The notes under the pieces: generated by a model
Databases searched by the model: none
What the model was told of the DNA's origin: nothing
Seen by the model: only the letters and a program-made list of their open reading frames with translations
Translations under genes and position numbers: made by a program
Part shown: piece after piece, positions 1 through 8,323 of the stretch
How the letters are laid out: every line of letters starts with the position of its first letter
Position numbering within the stretch: the stretch's first letter is position 1
Source of the DNA: Bacteroidota bacterium
GTDB lineage: Bacteria; Bacteroidota; Bacteroidia; Bacteroidales; Bacteroidaceae
DNA length: 64,000 nucleotides
Direction of reading: 5' to 3'
NCBI GenBank assembly: GCA_023415545.1
Contig: JAEZKJ010000177.1
Coordinates: 43,014-107,013, forward strand

Positions 1-1047
1 ATAGCTACTTTTATCTCTTTGAAGGGTATGTCGTGGGTAGGCAAGGTATCTAAATTAGGTGGTTTGATTGGTACTATCATACCTGCAGGCTTGCTGGTTG
101 TGCTTGCCATAGTATATCTTGTAGCTGGTGGAACATCCAATATGAACTTCCATGGAAGTTTTTTCCCTGATCTTACTAACTTCAACAACTTGGTGTTGGC
201 ATCCAGTATCTTCCTGTTTTATGCGGGAATGGAAATGGGTGGTATTCATGTGAACGAAGTCGAAAATCCTTCGCGAAACTACCCAAAAGCCATCTTTATC
301 GGTTCGCTTGTGACGGTACTGATTTTCGTGTTGGGAACCTTCTCTTTGGGTATAATCATCCCTAAAGAAGACATTAACCTCACACAAAGCTTGCTCGTAG
401 GGTTCGACCGCTACTTTGCCTTTATCAAGGCCTCCTGGTTTTCTCCTATTATCGCCATTGCATTGGCCTTCGGTGTGCTGGCCGGCGTGTTGACCTGGGT
501 AGCCGGTCCTTCTAAAGGTATCTTTGCAGTAGGGCGTGCCGGTTATTTGCCACCATTCTTCCAAAAGACAAACAAGAATGGCGTTCAACGAAACATCCTC
601 TTGTTTCAAGGTGTCATTGTGACTTTGTTGGGCTTGCTCTTTGTGGTCATGCCATCTGTGCAAAGTTTCTACCAAATTCTTTCTCAACTTACCGTATTGC
701 TCTACCTCATCATGTATTTGCTGATGTTTTCGGCCGGCATTTACCTTCGTTACAACATGAAGGATGCGTCACGTCCTTTCCGTATCGGTAGCAAGGGAAA
801 TGGTTTGATGTGGGTAATCGGCGGATTGGGTTTCCTTGGTTCGTTGTTGGCGTTCATCCTCAGCTTTATTCCACCGGGACAGATTGCGGTAGGTAGCAAT
901 GCTGTTTGGTATTTAGTATTAATTATCGGTTGTATCGTTATGGTAGTAATTCCACTCATTATCTATTCTATGCGTAAGCCTTCGTGGAAAGATGCTTCCA
1001 TCACTATCGCACCGTTCCATTGGGAAGAAGAAAAGAAAGCGCAATGA
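1..1047 (+). CDS. gadC: Glutamate/GABA antiporter (APC superfamily), 5'-truncated by the window edge
   Basis: Multi-TM protein with GadC-type motifs FLFYAGMEM, NPSRNYPKA, WVAGPSKG, GYLPPFFQKTNKNG and YLIMYLLMF. The frame is open from position 1, so the true start lies upstream. Confidence 0.85.
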   Translation: MATFISLKGMSWVGKVSKLGGLIGTIIPAGLLVVLAIVYLVAGGTSNMNFHGSFFPDLTNFNNLVLASSIFLFYAGMEMGGIHVNEVENPSRNYPKAIFIGSLVTVLIFVLGTFSLGIIIPKEDINLTQSLLVGFDRYFAFIKASWFSPIIAIALAFGVLAGVLTWVAGPSKGIFAVGRAGYLPPFFQKTNKNGVQRNILLFQGVIVTLLGLLFVVMPSVQSFYQILSQLTVLLYLIMYLLMFSAGIYLRYNMKDASRPFRIGSKGNGLMWVIGGLGFLGSLLAFILSFIPPGQIAVGSNAVWYLVLIIGCIVMVVIPLIIYSMRKPSWKDASITIAPFHWEEEKKAQ

Positions 1048-1188
1048 TAACTCCTTCTACTCCTCCACTTTTACATCAGGGGTAATCAGTTTAAAAAGTG
1101 CTTGAGTGTTGTTACCTTAAATACTAAACCAAGGACAATTGTAGTCCAAGATATGCACGATATCGAAAGCTTTGTTGCTTCGGAATAG

Positions 1189-1226
1189 AAAAGGGAGTTG
1201 ATACTTTAGTATCATTCCCTTTTTTT
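1189..1226 (+). terminator. Intrinsic terminator after gadC
   Basis: AAAAGGGA-GT-TGATACT tt AGTATCA-T-TCCCTTTTTTT hairpin followed by a T-tract. Confidence 0.75.
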
Positions 1227-1519
1227 ATCACACAATAGCATATCACTTTTTATACCCATCAATTCAATAGTATATAGCATTCCTTGCTTTAGTGCAGGAT
1301 TAACTGGTACCGGAAAGATGGATTTCGCACTGCCTAATGTCTGTTATTATCAAATAGAGACCTCGTATTTATAAAATAGTATAAAATGGACATTTATTAT
1401 TGTTTATCTATTATAATATGAAAATCCTAATTCACTTATAATAAAACCAATAGCATTTATTCTAATAGAGTGAAAATCACAAAGTCTATTTTTTACAATT
1501 TTCACCTTTTTTGTCAACT

Positions 1520-1527
1520 TATTTTTG
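1520..1527 (+). promoter_or_regulatory. Bacteroidota -7 promoter box for the pilus operon
   Basis: TATTTTTG matches TAnnTTTG and lies about 75 nt before the ATG at 1601. Confidence 0.55.
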
Positions 1528-1600
1528 TGCTGCTAATAATAGCATAATTCTCATTAACAATGAATTATTGATTTTAGGTATAAATCAAAAAAATAAGAAT

Positions 1601-2992
1601 ATGATGAAGAATGTACTTTTTATGTGTCTGGCTGTTATAGTTTCTCTATGCTCTTGTAGTCAGAATGAAGAAGATGCAAGTAGTGCATCTGATAATAGTT
1701 TGTTCCTAAAGTTCAAAACACAATCTATCAGTAGAGCAATCGAGGACCCTGGTACTCCAGGTGATGCTGCTAAATCTATTAAGAGTGCGAGAATATTATT
1801 TTATGCTGATGAGAATTATCAAACTATGTCTGTTTATAATAATTCACAGCCGTTAGTTCTCTCTTCTGATCAAATCAACAGTGCTGTAGGTAGTGATGGA
1901 CTATACATTGATGATATTCCTAATGATGTTAAGGCAATAATTATTCAAGCCAATGGAGGTGAAGATATGGATGGTAATAACGTTAACTTGTATCAGGTAG
2001 AGCCTTTATCTGATCAGGATTTTCATCAGTATCCTATGCTTGAAGGAAGAAGCATCATTGTTGATACAAAACAGACTCACACTATAACCGGTCATAAAAT
2101 TTTCAAAGCTTCAGTAACAGTTTCTCCTTCTTTATGTCGTATAGAAATCTCAGGAGGCATCAATGTTTTGCCAAAGTTTTATAGAAGTGCGGATATATTG
2201 AAAGATAAAGATGGAAATCAACTTTATGAACATAGGAAGAGTGATGGATCATATTATAACAGCACATCATCTCAGTTACAAACAGACGATGATGCTACAT
2301 ATAACCCAACACCTGCTTACAACTGCCTTCAGAAAGGATTTTATGGTATCAAACTTGAGGCAATATATATGAATAATGTCATTCTAAAATATGGTGACCT
2401 TTCTTCTAAAGTTTGGTATAATGATGAAGATGGTAAATGGAATACTCATTTTGATGAAGGAGGCGAATTAGCAAATATGTGGGATAATGTCTCATCTTCA
2501 ACTGAAGCCTGTGGTGATGCTGTTGCCCAAGGGAGCAGTGGCGATTGGTGGGTTGACCAAGCTATTCCTGCAAATAGAAATAGTTCTATATTATCAGGCA
2601 AGGTAGTAGCATACCAGGTATTTCCACAAAAAAGTGAGGGTACTACTAAGGATGAAATTGCTCAAGATATGCCACACGTTATTGTTAAAGTTAAAATATT
2701 TGAGACTAAGGCAGATTATGATTCAAACTCTCCACGAACAGCATTTTTGAATATCCGTACATATATCAGCAGTGATGGTTCGTATATTAAGGAGATGAAG
2801 AATGGTAATATATATAAGATAAACCTAAATGAATTGAGTAATTATTTTAATGAAGTTATAATCGATGATACGCCTATAACACCTACTCCTGAAACTGATA
2901 AACCAGATCCTCTATTTGAAGAGACTATAGACTTGAAAATATATATTGATGTAACTCCTTGGGAACTAATGACTATTACTCCTCAGATTTAG
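1601..2992 (+). CDS. Type V pilus major (shaft) pilin, Mfa1/FimA-like lipoprotein
   Basis: The likely start is ATG 1601 (MMKNVLF...). Features: lipobox LCSC with an acidic export signal (SQNEED), Arg processing site ISR/A, CRIEI strand, YKINL motif, Pro-rich DDTPITPTPETDKPDP, and C-terminal donor strand LKIYIDVTPWELMTITPQI. Confidence 0.8.
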   Translation: MMKNVLFMCLAVIVSLCSCSQNEEDASSASDNSLFLKFKTQSISRAIEDPGTPGDAAKSIKSARILFYADENYQTMSVYNNSQPLVLSSDQINSAVGSDGLYIDDIPNDVKAIIIQANGGEDMDGNNVNLYQVEPLSDQDFHQYPMLEGRSIIVDTKQTHTITGHKIFKASVTVSPSLCRIEISGGINVLPKFYRSADILKDKDGNQLYEHRKSDGSYYNSTSSQLQTDDDATYNPTPAYNCLQKGFYGIKLEAIYMNNVILKYGDLSSKVWYNDEDGKWNTHFDEGGELANMWDNVSSSTEACGDAVAQGSSGDWWVDQAIPANRNSSILSGKVVAYQVFPQKSEGTTKDEIAQDMPHVIVKVKIFETKADYDSNSPRTAFLNIRTYISSDGSYIKEMKNGNIYKINLNELSNYFNEVIIDDTPITPTPETDKPDPLFEETIDLKIYIDVTPWELMTITPQI

Positions 2993-2993
2993 T

Positions 2994-3923
2994 ATGAAAT
3001 ATATTTTCGTTATCGTTTTAACACTCTTCTCATTTGTTCTCTGCTCTTGTAAAACAATAGCAGAGAATATGGATTCATGCGATCGCGTATCAAACGTAAA
3101 ATTAAACTTTAAATATACAGGTGATACACCAGATGATATGTCATGGCTCAATAGAGTGATGGATAAAGTATCTCTCTTTGTATATGATGAATATGGTTTT
3201 TTAGTTGAAAAAGCATCACGAGTTTTTGAAGGAGAGGAGATTAAAACGACTGTAAAAGATGGTATTAAGTTAGATTTGTGTCCCGGAAATTATAGAGTAG
3301 TATGCTGGAGTAATATGTACGAAAACAGTTCTATTACAGGAATAAATAATTTTAATTCAGCCCGATTCCATCATCCAAACTATGGGCAGAACAACATAGT
3401 ACTTAATACCCAGGATCAAACATATTATGGCTCTTTACTTTTACAAGTTCCAGAGGATAGAAATGTTTCAGATACGGTAATTTTTAAAGGAGCTAATATC
3501 CTTATTGATGTTACAGTAAAAGAGTTTGTATCCGGTACTCGTTCGAAAGCTCTTCCAACAGTTAAAATAATGAATGCTATGCCCGAGTATGGTATGGATA
3601 TGTCGAATGCTCAGGAATTCGATGAAGATTACATTCCACTTAAGTCTGTTGATAATGGTGGTGATTATATTCGAGCTACTGCAAGAGTATTTCGATTCAA
3701 CGATGATAACCCTATTAAGATCAAAGTTGAAGGGAGTGACCGAGTAGTTACATTTGCTAATGTAACACTATCCAAGCTTATGAATGAGAATTCTATTACA
3801 GTAGAGGGCATTAACGAAGCTACAATACATATTAATCTGGATTTTACTGATTATTACAAAGATCTTAATGTCAAGATTGGTATTGAAGGCTGGAAAAATA
3901 ATATTGTATCTCCCGATTTATAG
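2994..3923 (+). CDS. FimB/Mfa2-family anchor pilin lipoprotein
   Basis: LCSCKTIAENMDSCD (lipobox plus second Cys), VKLNFKY, VSLFVYDEYG, LCPGNYRVVCWSN, and C-terminal IGIEGW. No N-terminal Arg cleavage motif, as expected for an anchor. Confidence 0.8.
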   Translation: MKYIFVIVLTLFSFVLCSCKTIAENMDSCDRVSNVKLNFKYTGDTPDDMSWLNRVMDKVSLFVYDEYGFLVEKASRVFEGEEIKTTVKDGIKLDLCPGNYRVVCWSNMYENSSITGINNFNSARFHHPNYGQNNIVLNTQDQTYYGSLLLQVPEDRNVSDTVIFKGANILIDVTVKEFVSGTRSKALPTVKIMNAMPEYGMDMSNAQEFDEDYIPLKSVDNGGDYIRATARVFRFNDDNPIKIKVEGSDRVVTFANVTLSKLMNENSITVEGINEATIHINLDFTDYYKDLNVKIGIEGWKNNIVSPDL

Positions 3924-3941
3924 AAACATTAATTCAATTTT

Positions 3942-4976
3942 ATGAAACATATTTCATTACTAATATTAATGTGTGCTTTATTATCATTTACAGGGTGTGA
4001 AGTAGGTATGGCAGGCGATGAAGTTACTAATGAAAGAGAGTTGAATATCTCGGTTGTTGGCTCAAGAGCTACCACTAATGTAAAAGAGAGTAAAATAGTT
4101 TCTTTAAGAATTTTTGTATGTTCAAAAGAGGGAATTATTGAGGTTGATCAAGATACTATAGATAATGAAGGTATACAGATGCCATGTCTGCTATCAATGA
4201 AAATCAGTAGGACAAACAAGCTACTTTATGTAATTGCAAATTCAAAACAATATCTACCAGATAGAAATCTGGTAGGTGAAAATATAAGTATAGTCAATCA
4301 GTTAACAATTGGCTCCGATGGAATATATAAATCAGATATTCTCCCTTTTTCAGGTAGTCAAGTCATTGATGATGTATCTACTGATAAAATCTATGCAAAT
4401 GTTGAATTGATCAGATGTGTTAGTAAGATTGAGATGAGAATAAAAAAAAGTGAAGATGTTACAGTCCCTGTCACTCTATTATCAACATCGTTGGCTAATA
4501 CATCTCAAAAAAGTTTTCTTTTGCCTCAAAATATTGATTGGGGGATTAAATATTCTCCCGGTGGATTGATATATGCAAATACTGAAATATCATCACTTTA
4601 CACAGATCTTGAAAATGGATTTTCGGAAACATCTGCTTCGATGAAACCAGTATACCTTTTCGAGCATGCTCCTATAGCGAAAAATGATAGTCTTATTGCC
4701 ACTTCGCTAAAAGTATCATTAAGAGTCAATAGTTCTATAAAAAGCTATACCATTCCAATAATTAATTCTTCATCCGATGACTCCTATTATGGAGTTGTCC
4801 GAAATAGAATCACATATATGGATATATCCTTTACATCAAGAGGGTTGCTGAATGTAACATATAGTGTAATTCCGTGGGAGTTAGAGGAAGAGTATGACAG
4901 AGAGTTGGGAGATGAAGAGGCTTTTAAAGTGATTGACTGGATAAGTGAGGACATGCAGAATACAGAATTAGGATAA
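3942..4976 (+). CDS. Minor type V pilin lipoprotein (FimC/Mfa-like)
   Basis: Lipobox FTGC, GSR/A processing site, ESKIVSLRIFV, LYVIAN, LIRCVSKI, YLFEH, VVRNRITY and VIPW. Confidence 0.75.
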   Translation: MKHISLLILMCALLSFTGCEVGMAGDEVTNERELNISVVGSRATTNVKESKIVSLRIFVCSKEGIIEVDQDTIDNEGIQMPCLLSMKISRTNKLLYVIANSKQYLPDRNLVGENISIVNQLTIGSDGIYKSDILPFSGSQVIDDVSTDKIYANVELIRCVSKIEMRIKKSEDVTVPVTLLSTSLANTSQKSFLLPQNIDWGIKYSPGGLIYANTEISSLYTDLENGFSETSASMKPVYLFEHAPIAKNDSLIATSLKVSLRVNSSIKSYTIPIINSSSDDSYYGVVRNRITYMDISFTSRGLLNVTYSVIPWELEEEYDRELGDEEAFKVIDWISEDMQNTELG

Positions 4977-4999
4977 ACACTAATAAAAAAGTTCAAAAT

Positions 5000-7717
5000 A
5001 TGATAAGACGAATATTACCACTTTTATTCCTTCTGCTTACCGGTTGTATATCCGATGATATAACAACAAATAGCAATGACGAGGAGAAACTCAATATAGT
5101 TTACAATATTTCTGGAGCTGACTCTAAAATGTTAAGTTCTAGAGCAATAGGAGAGTGTAGCCCGGAGGAGAACAAAGTAAAAGAGATTTATGCCTTCTTC
5201 TTCTTGCCAGGTAGTGATGGCTCGGGAAAATATATTGGTATGCAAATAGTCTCGACTAATGATAACCCATATGCTGGAACAGGTACTACATCTTGTACAT
5301 TACCTGAGAACTTTACAGTAAAGGATGCTTTCCACATTATAATGATTGCTAATTATGCAGATTATACAAAAAGCAATACAAGTGATTATTTTGACTCTTT
5401 GTTGGAAGATAAAACAGCAAAAGAAGTTGAAGACATTTTGACCTTTATTGTCTCAACAAGTAAAGGGGCTTCTAAGAGTAAACTGCCTATGGTTTCAATA
5501 AGTGATAAAGCTGAAAAGACTAATCAACTATCTGTAAACTTTACAAGATTAGTATCCAGAATTGACTTAAAGAATTCCGTTGATTTAGCCAATTTTAAGC
5601 TTGTTTCAGCAGAACTTTGGAATTGTAGAAAGAGCAGCCAAATCAGTTCTTGTAAATATATGTCCGATGACTATATTGATCTTTCAGATAACTTAGCTAC
5701 ATCTTCTGATGGTTTGTCAATATCAGCAGCACTATATACCTTTGAAAATCAGGTTTTGGCACCTACAATAAATGACAAAAGAACAACATGTCTTATTATT
5801 GGAGGATATTATGCCGGTAGTTCAAAGTTGACTTATTATAGGGTAAATGTCGTAGCACCAAATTGTTCACAGGATCTTGAGAGGAACCACATATATACTA
5901 TTAATATTACAAATGTCAAAGGTGAAGGCAGTGGCACAAAAACTGAAGCCTACGATGAGAAGGAAACAAAAGTTGAATATATTGTTAACGACTGGGATAA
6001 CAGTGGATTGAAGAATCTTTTAATAGATGAGCATGGAAATAGATTGACTGTTTCTGTTGTTAACGTAATATTCGGAGTTGATGGAGGAAGCAGTGATATA
6101 GACGTTTCTGTTATAAAAAGTGCAACTAATCCTATAAATGACCCATGGAAAATATCTTCAATTTCAGGTGATGATGCTGCAAATTTTACAGCTTCAAAAA
6201 AGGATGATACATCACTAACTGTTTCCGCTACAAAGAAGAATAATACAAGTAAAGATTACTATGCTACAGTTTATGTTGAGTGGGGTGAACTGAAGTTGCC
6301 GATAACTCTTAAACAACTGAATCCTACAAAAACTGTGCAAGGGTTGAATATTACTCCTTCAAATCTCTATTTTTCTAATAGTGATTCTGTCCCAAAATCA
6401 ATAACTGTAGATATACTTGGTAACTGCCAAGGAATTGATCCTGCAAACGATATTAAAATTGCACTGATTTATGATAATTCAGATTTTGGTTGGCTTAACG
6501 TTAACTATAAGGGTGGTGATAATGAAACCGGCATATTTTATTTTGATGTTCTTCCCGATAAGAATAGTACAGGAGTATATAGAAATGCCCAACTTAAAGT
6601 TTCTGTGGTTCAACAAGGTAGTCAATCAACAGGCTCAATACCTATTATTCAAAGTAATATATCTCATGATAATGAGTTCAATAGAACTTATACAGTCGAG
6701 GTATATCAAAAGTTATATTATGAAGATGGATATACAATGAAGGGAACAATTCTTGATTTTTATAATATATTGAAAGGATTTCCTGAAAATCAAAAGTCAC
6801 AAAATGATATAAATTTCTCAATTGCTGACAGGGAACAATATAAGTATGTGCTCTCTATTCAAAGTGCCGGCAGTTGGAGAATTGTAACAGATGCTAATGC
6901 GGGTAATAATCTTACATTCAGTATGACAGAGCATGAGGGTGACCCTAATACAAAATATCAAGTGGAAATAATGGCTGCTTGTGAAGTTGATACCGGTTGG
7001 AGCGGTATGTTTGCAATAGAGTTTGAAGATGGACAGAGGGTGACATATAATGTTTATCAAAATGGTATAATGTGGCCTCTTGGCGAAAATAGCAGTGGTT
7101 GGAGTGCTACTGATGTTTATTACTATTCTACATTTAAGATGAATGGTAAGGTTTGGCTTGATAGAAATTTGGGAGCAACTGCAGGTGTTGGCTCAAGTGA
7201 AGAATATTATGGCGCAGTAAGTGGTTCTTCAACTTATAAATTCGGTACTATACCAATTAGTACAAAAGCTGCAGGAGCAATTTTTACCATGGAACAGGCT
7301 ATTAAGGCTTGTCCTTTGGGATTCAGATTAGGTAGGAAAGCAGCAGGAAATGGTGAGTGGGATTGGATTTTAGAGAAGAATGATGATGGTAGTTTTAGCC
7401 GTTTAAAATTTGCTTCGACATTAACGCAAGTAGGTAATTATGATATTAGTTTTATACACTACATTCAATATAGTTATGCTCCTGAAAAATTCTTTTATAT
7501 TCCTAATTCATTAGTATCGAGACAATATCATTATTCTGGTGGTAAAAATTATTATCGTACTGATGGGATATATTGTAATGATGAAAATTTTGTTAATTTC
7601 CCTCTTAATAAAGCAGCTATAGATGATCCAGCATGTGTATGGGACAAACCTACTACTCTTATAACTTCTGGTTTGGTACGATGTGTCATGGACTCAACAT
7701 TGGTAAAGAAAAATTAA
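5000..7717 (+). CDS. Type V pilus tip/adhesin lipoprotein: pilin domain, BACON/Ig-like repeats, C-terminal FISUMP (Fib_succ_major)-like lectin-fold domain
   Basis: Pilin part: LTGC lipobox, SSR/A, EENKVKEIYAFFF, FTRLVSRID, YTFEN, LERNHIYTINI, VNDW. BACON-like: GWLNV...NSTGVYRNAQL...IIQ. C-terminal: NGKVWLDRNLGA...ACPLGFRL...GEW...GLVRCV. Confidence 0.75.
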   Translation: MIRRILPLLFLLLTGCISDDITTNSNDEEKLNIVYNISGADSKMLSSRAIGECSPEENKVKEIYAFFFLPGSDGSGKYIGMQIVSTNDNPYAGTGTTSCTLPENFTVKDAFHIIMIANYADYTKSNTSDYFDSLLEDKTAKEVEDILTFIVSTSKGASKSKLPMVSISDKAEKTNQLSVNFTRLVSRIDLKNSVDLANFKLVSAELWNCRKSSQISSCKYMSDDYIDLSDNLATSSDGLSISAALYTFENQVLAPTINDKRTTCLIIGGYYAGSSKLTYYRVNVVAPNCSQDLERNHIYTINITNVKGEGSGTKTEAYDEKETKVEYIVNDWDNSGLKNLLIDEHGNRLTVSVVNVIFGVDGGSSDIDVSVIKSATNPINDPWKISSISGDDAANFTASKKDDTSLTVSATKKNNTSKDYYATVYVEWGELKLPITLKQLNPTKTVQGLNITPSNLYFSNSDSVPKSITVDILGNCQGIDPANDIKIALIYDNSDFGWLNVNYKGGDNETGIFYFDVLPDKNSTGVYRNAQLKVSVVQQGSQSTGSIPIIQSNISHDNEFNRTYTVEVYQKLYYEDGYTMKGTILDFYNILKGFPENQKSQNDINFSIADREQYKYVLSIQSAGSWRIVTDANAGNNLTFSMTEHEGDPNTKYQVEIMAACEVDTGWSGMFAIEFEDGQRVTYNVYQNGIMWPLGENSSGWSATDVYYYSTFKMNGKVWLDRNLGATAGVGSSEEYYGAVSGSSTYKFGTIPISTKAAGAIFTMEQAIKACPLGFRLGRKAAGNGEWDWILEKNDDGSFSRLKFASTLTQVGNYDISFIHYIQYSYAPEKFFYIPNSLVSRQYHYSGGKNYYRTDGIYCNDENFVNFPLNKAAIDDPACVWDKPTTLITSGLVRCVMDSTLVKKN

Positions 7718-7722
7718 TAACA

Positions 7723-8322
7723 GTGAGAATAATCATTTCAATTATAATAGCTTTTAGCTGGATATTTTTTCCGGCTAAAGCTTCTGCTCAAAGAGTAGCA
7801 GTAAAATCCAATCTGCTTTACGATGCTACTTCAACAATGAATATTGGTGCTGAGATAGCTTTGAACAGAAAAGTTACTATCGATATTCCTCTAAACTATA
7901 ATCCATGGGGTTTTAGTGACAATAAAAAGATGAAACATTTTATGATACAACCGGAAATACGTTTATGGAGTTGTGAAAAGTTTAATGGTAATTTCTTGGG
8001 TATACATACTCATTATGGTTATTATAACATGGGGGGGATGTTGCCTTTTGGGTTTAAAGATGGTACGTTTTTTGGCATAGATAATAGAACGATAAAGAAG
8101 TATAGATTCCAAGGTTATCTATTAGGAGCCGGAATTTCATTCGGTCATCAATGGATGATTACTAACAAGTGGAGTGCAGAGTTTGAAGTAGGTGTAGGTT
8201 ATACTTATCTTAATTATAAAAAATATTTCAGTCAGAAGTGTGGAGATATGATAAGTAATGAGTCAAAAAAATATTTAGGACCTACTAAAGTTGCACTATC
8301 AATCATTTACAACATAAAATAG
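7723..8322 (+). CDS. DUF3575-family outer-membrane beta-barrel protein (FimX-like)
   Basis: GTG start at 7723 gives a signal peptide ending ASA/Q. Motifs AVKSNLLYDA, QPEIRLW, GHQW and YLGPTKVALSIIY. Confidence 0.85.
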   Translation: MRIIISIIIAFSWIFFPAKASAQRVAVKSNLLYDATSTMNIGAEIALNRKVTIDIPLNYNPWGFSDNKKMKHFMIQPEIRLWSCEKFNGNFLGIHTHYGYYNMGGMLPFGFKDGTFFGIDNRTIKKYRFQGYLLGAGISFGHQWMITNKWSAEFEVGVGYTYLNYKKYFSQKCGDMISNESKKYLGPTKVALSIIYNIK

Positions 8323-8323
8323 A

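Noticed and set aside
55..687. 210-aa antisense ORF over gadC, and the other short antisense or nested ORFs in the track (e.g. 19807-20262, 34704-35135, 53210-53677, 56593-57102)
   Set aside because: They lie within well-supported genes, have no recognisable motifs and are expected shadow frames.
1278..1374. Short frame reading IPCFSAGLTGTGKMDFALP, resembling a Walker A remnant
   Set aside because: There is no start codon or further ATPase motif and GK is followed by M. It is too short to call a pseudogene without a search.
1230..1600. Invertible (phase-variable) promoter for the pilus operon
   Set aside because: I found no inverted repeat pair enclosing the -7 box and no recombinase in the window.
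1511..1600. Extended N-termini given by the ORF track (1511, 7633, 22119, 35087, 36774, 60282, 62626)
   Set aside because: Downstream starts give proper signal peptides or family N-termini, and several extensions would overlap promoter boxes or neighbouring genes.
4442..4449. A8 tract in the minor pilin as a phase-variation site
   Set aside because: A-runs of 7-8 are common in this AT-rich sequence and this one encodes ordinary Ile-Lys-Lys-Ser codons.
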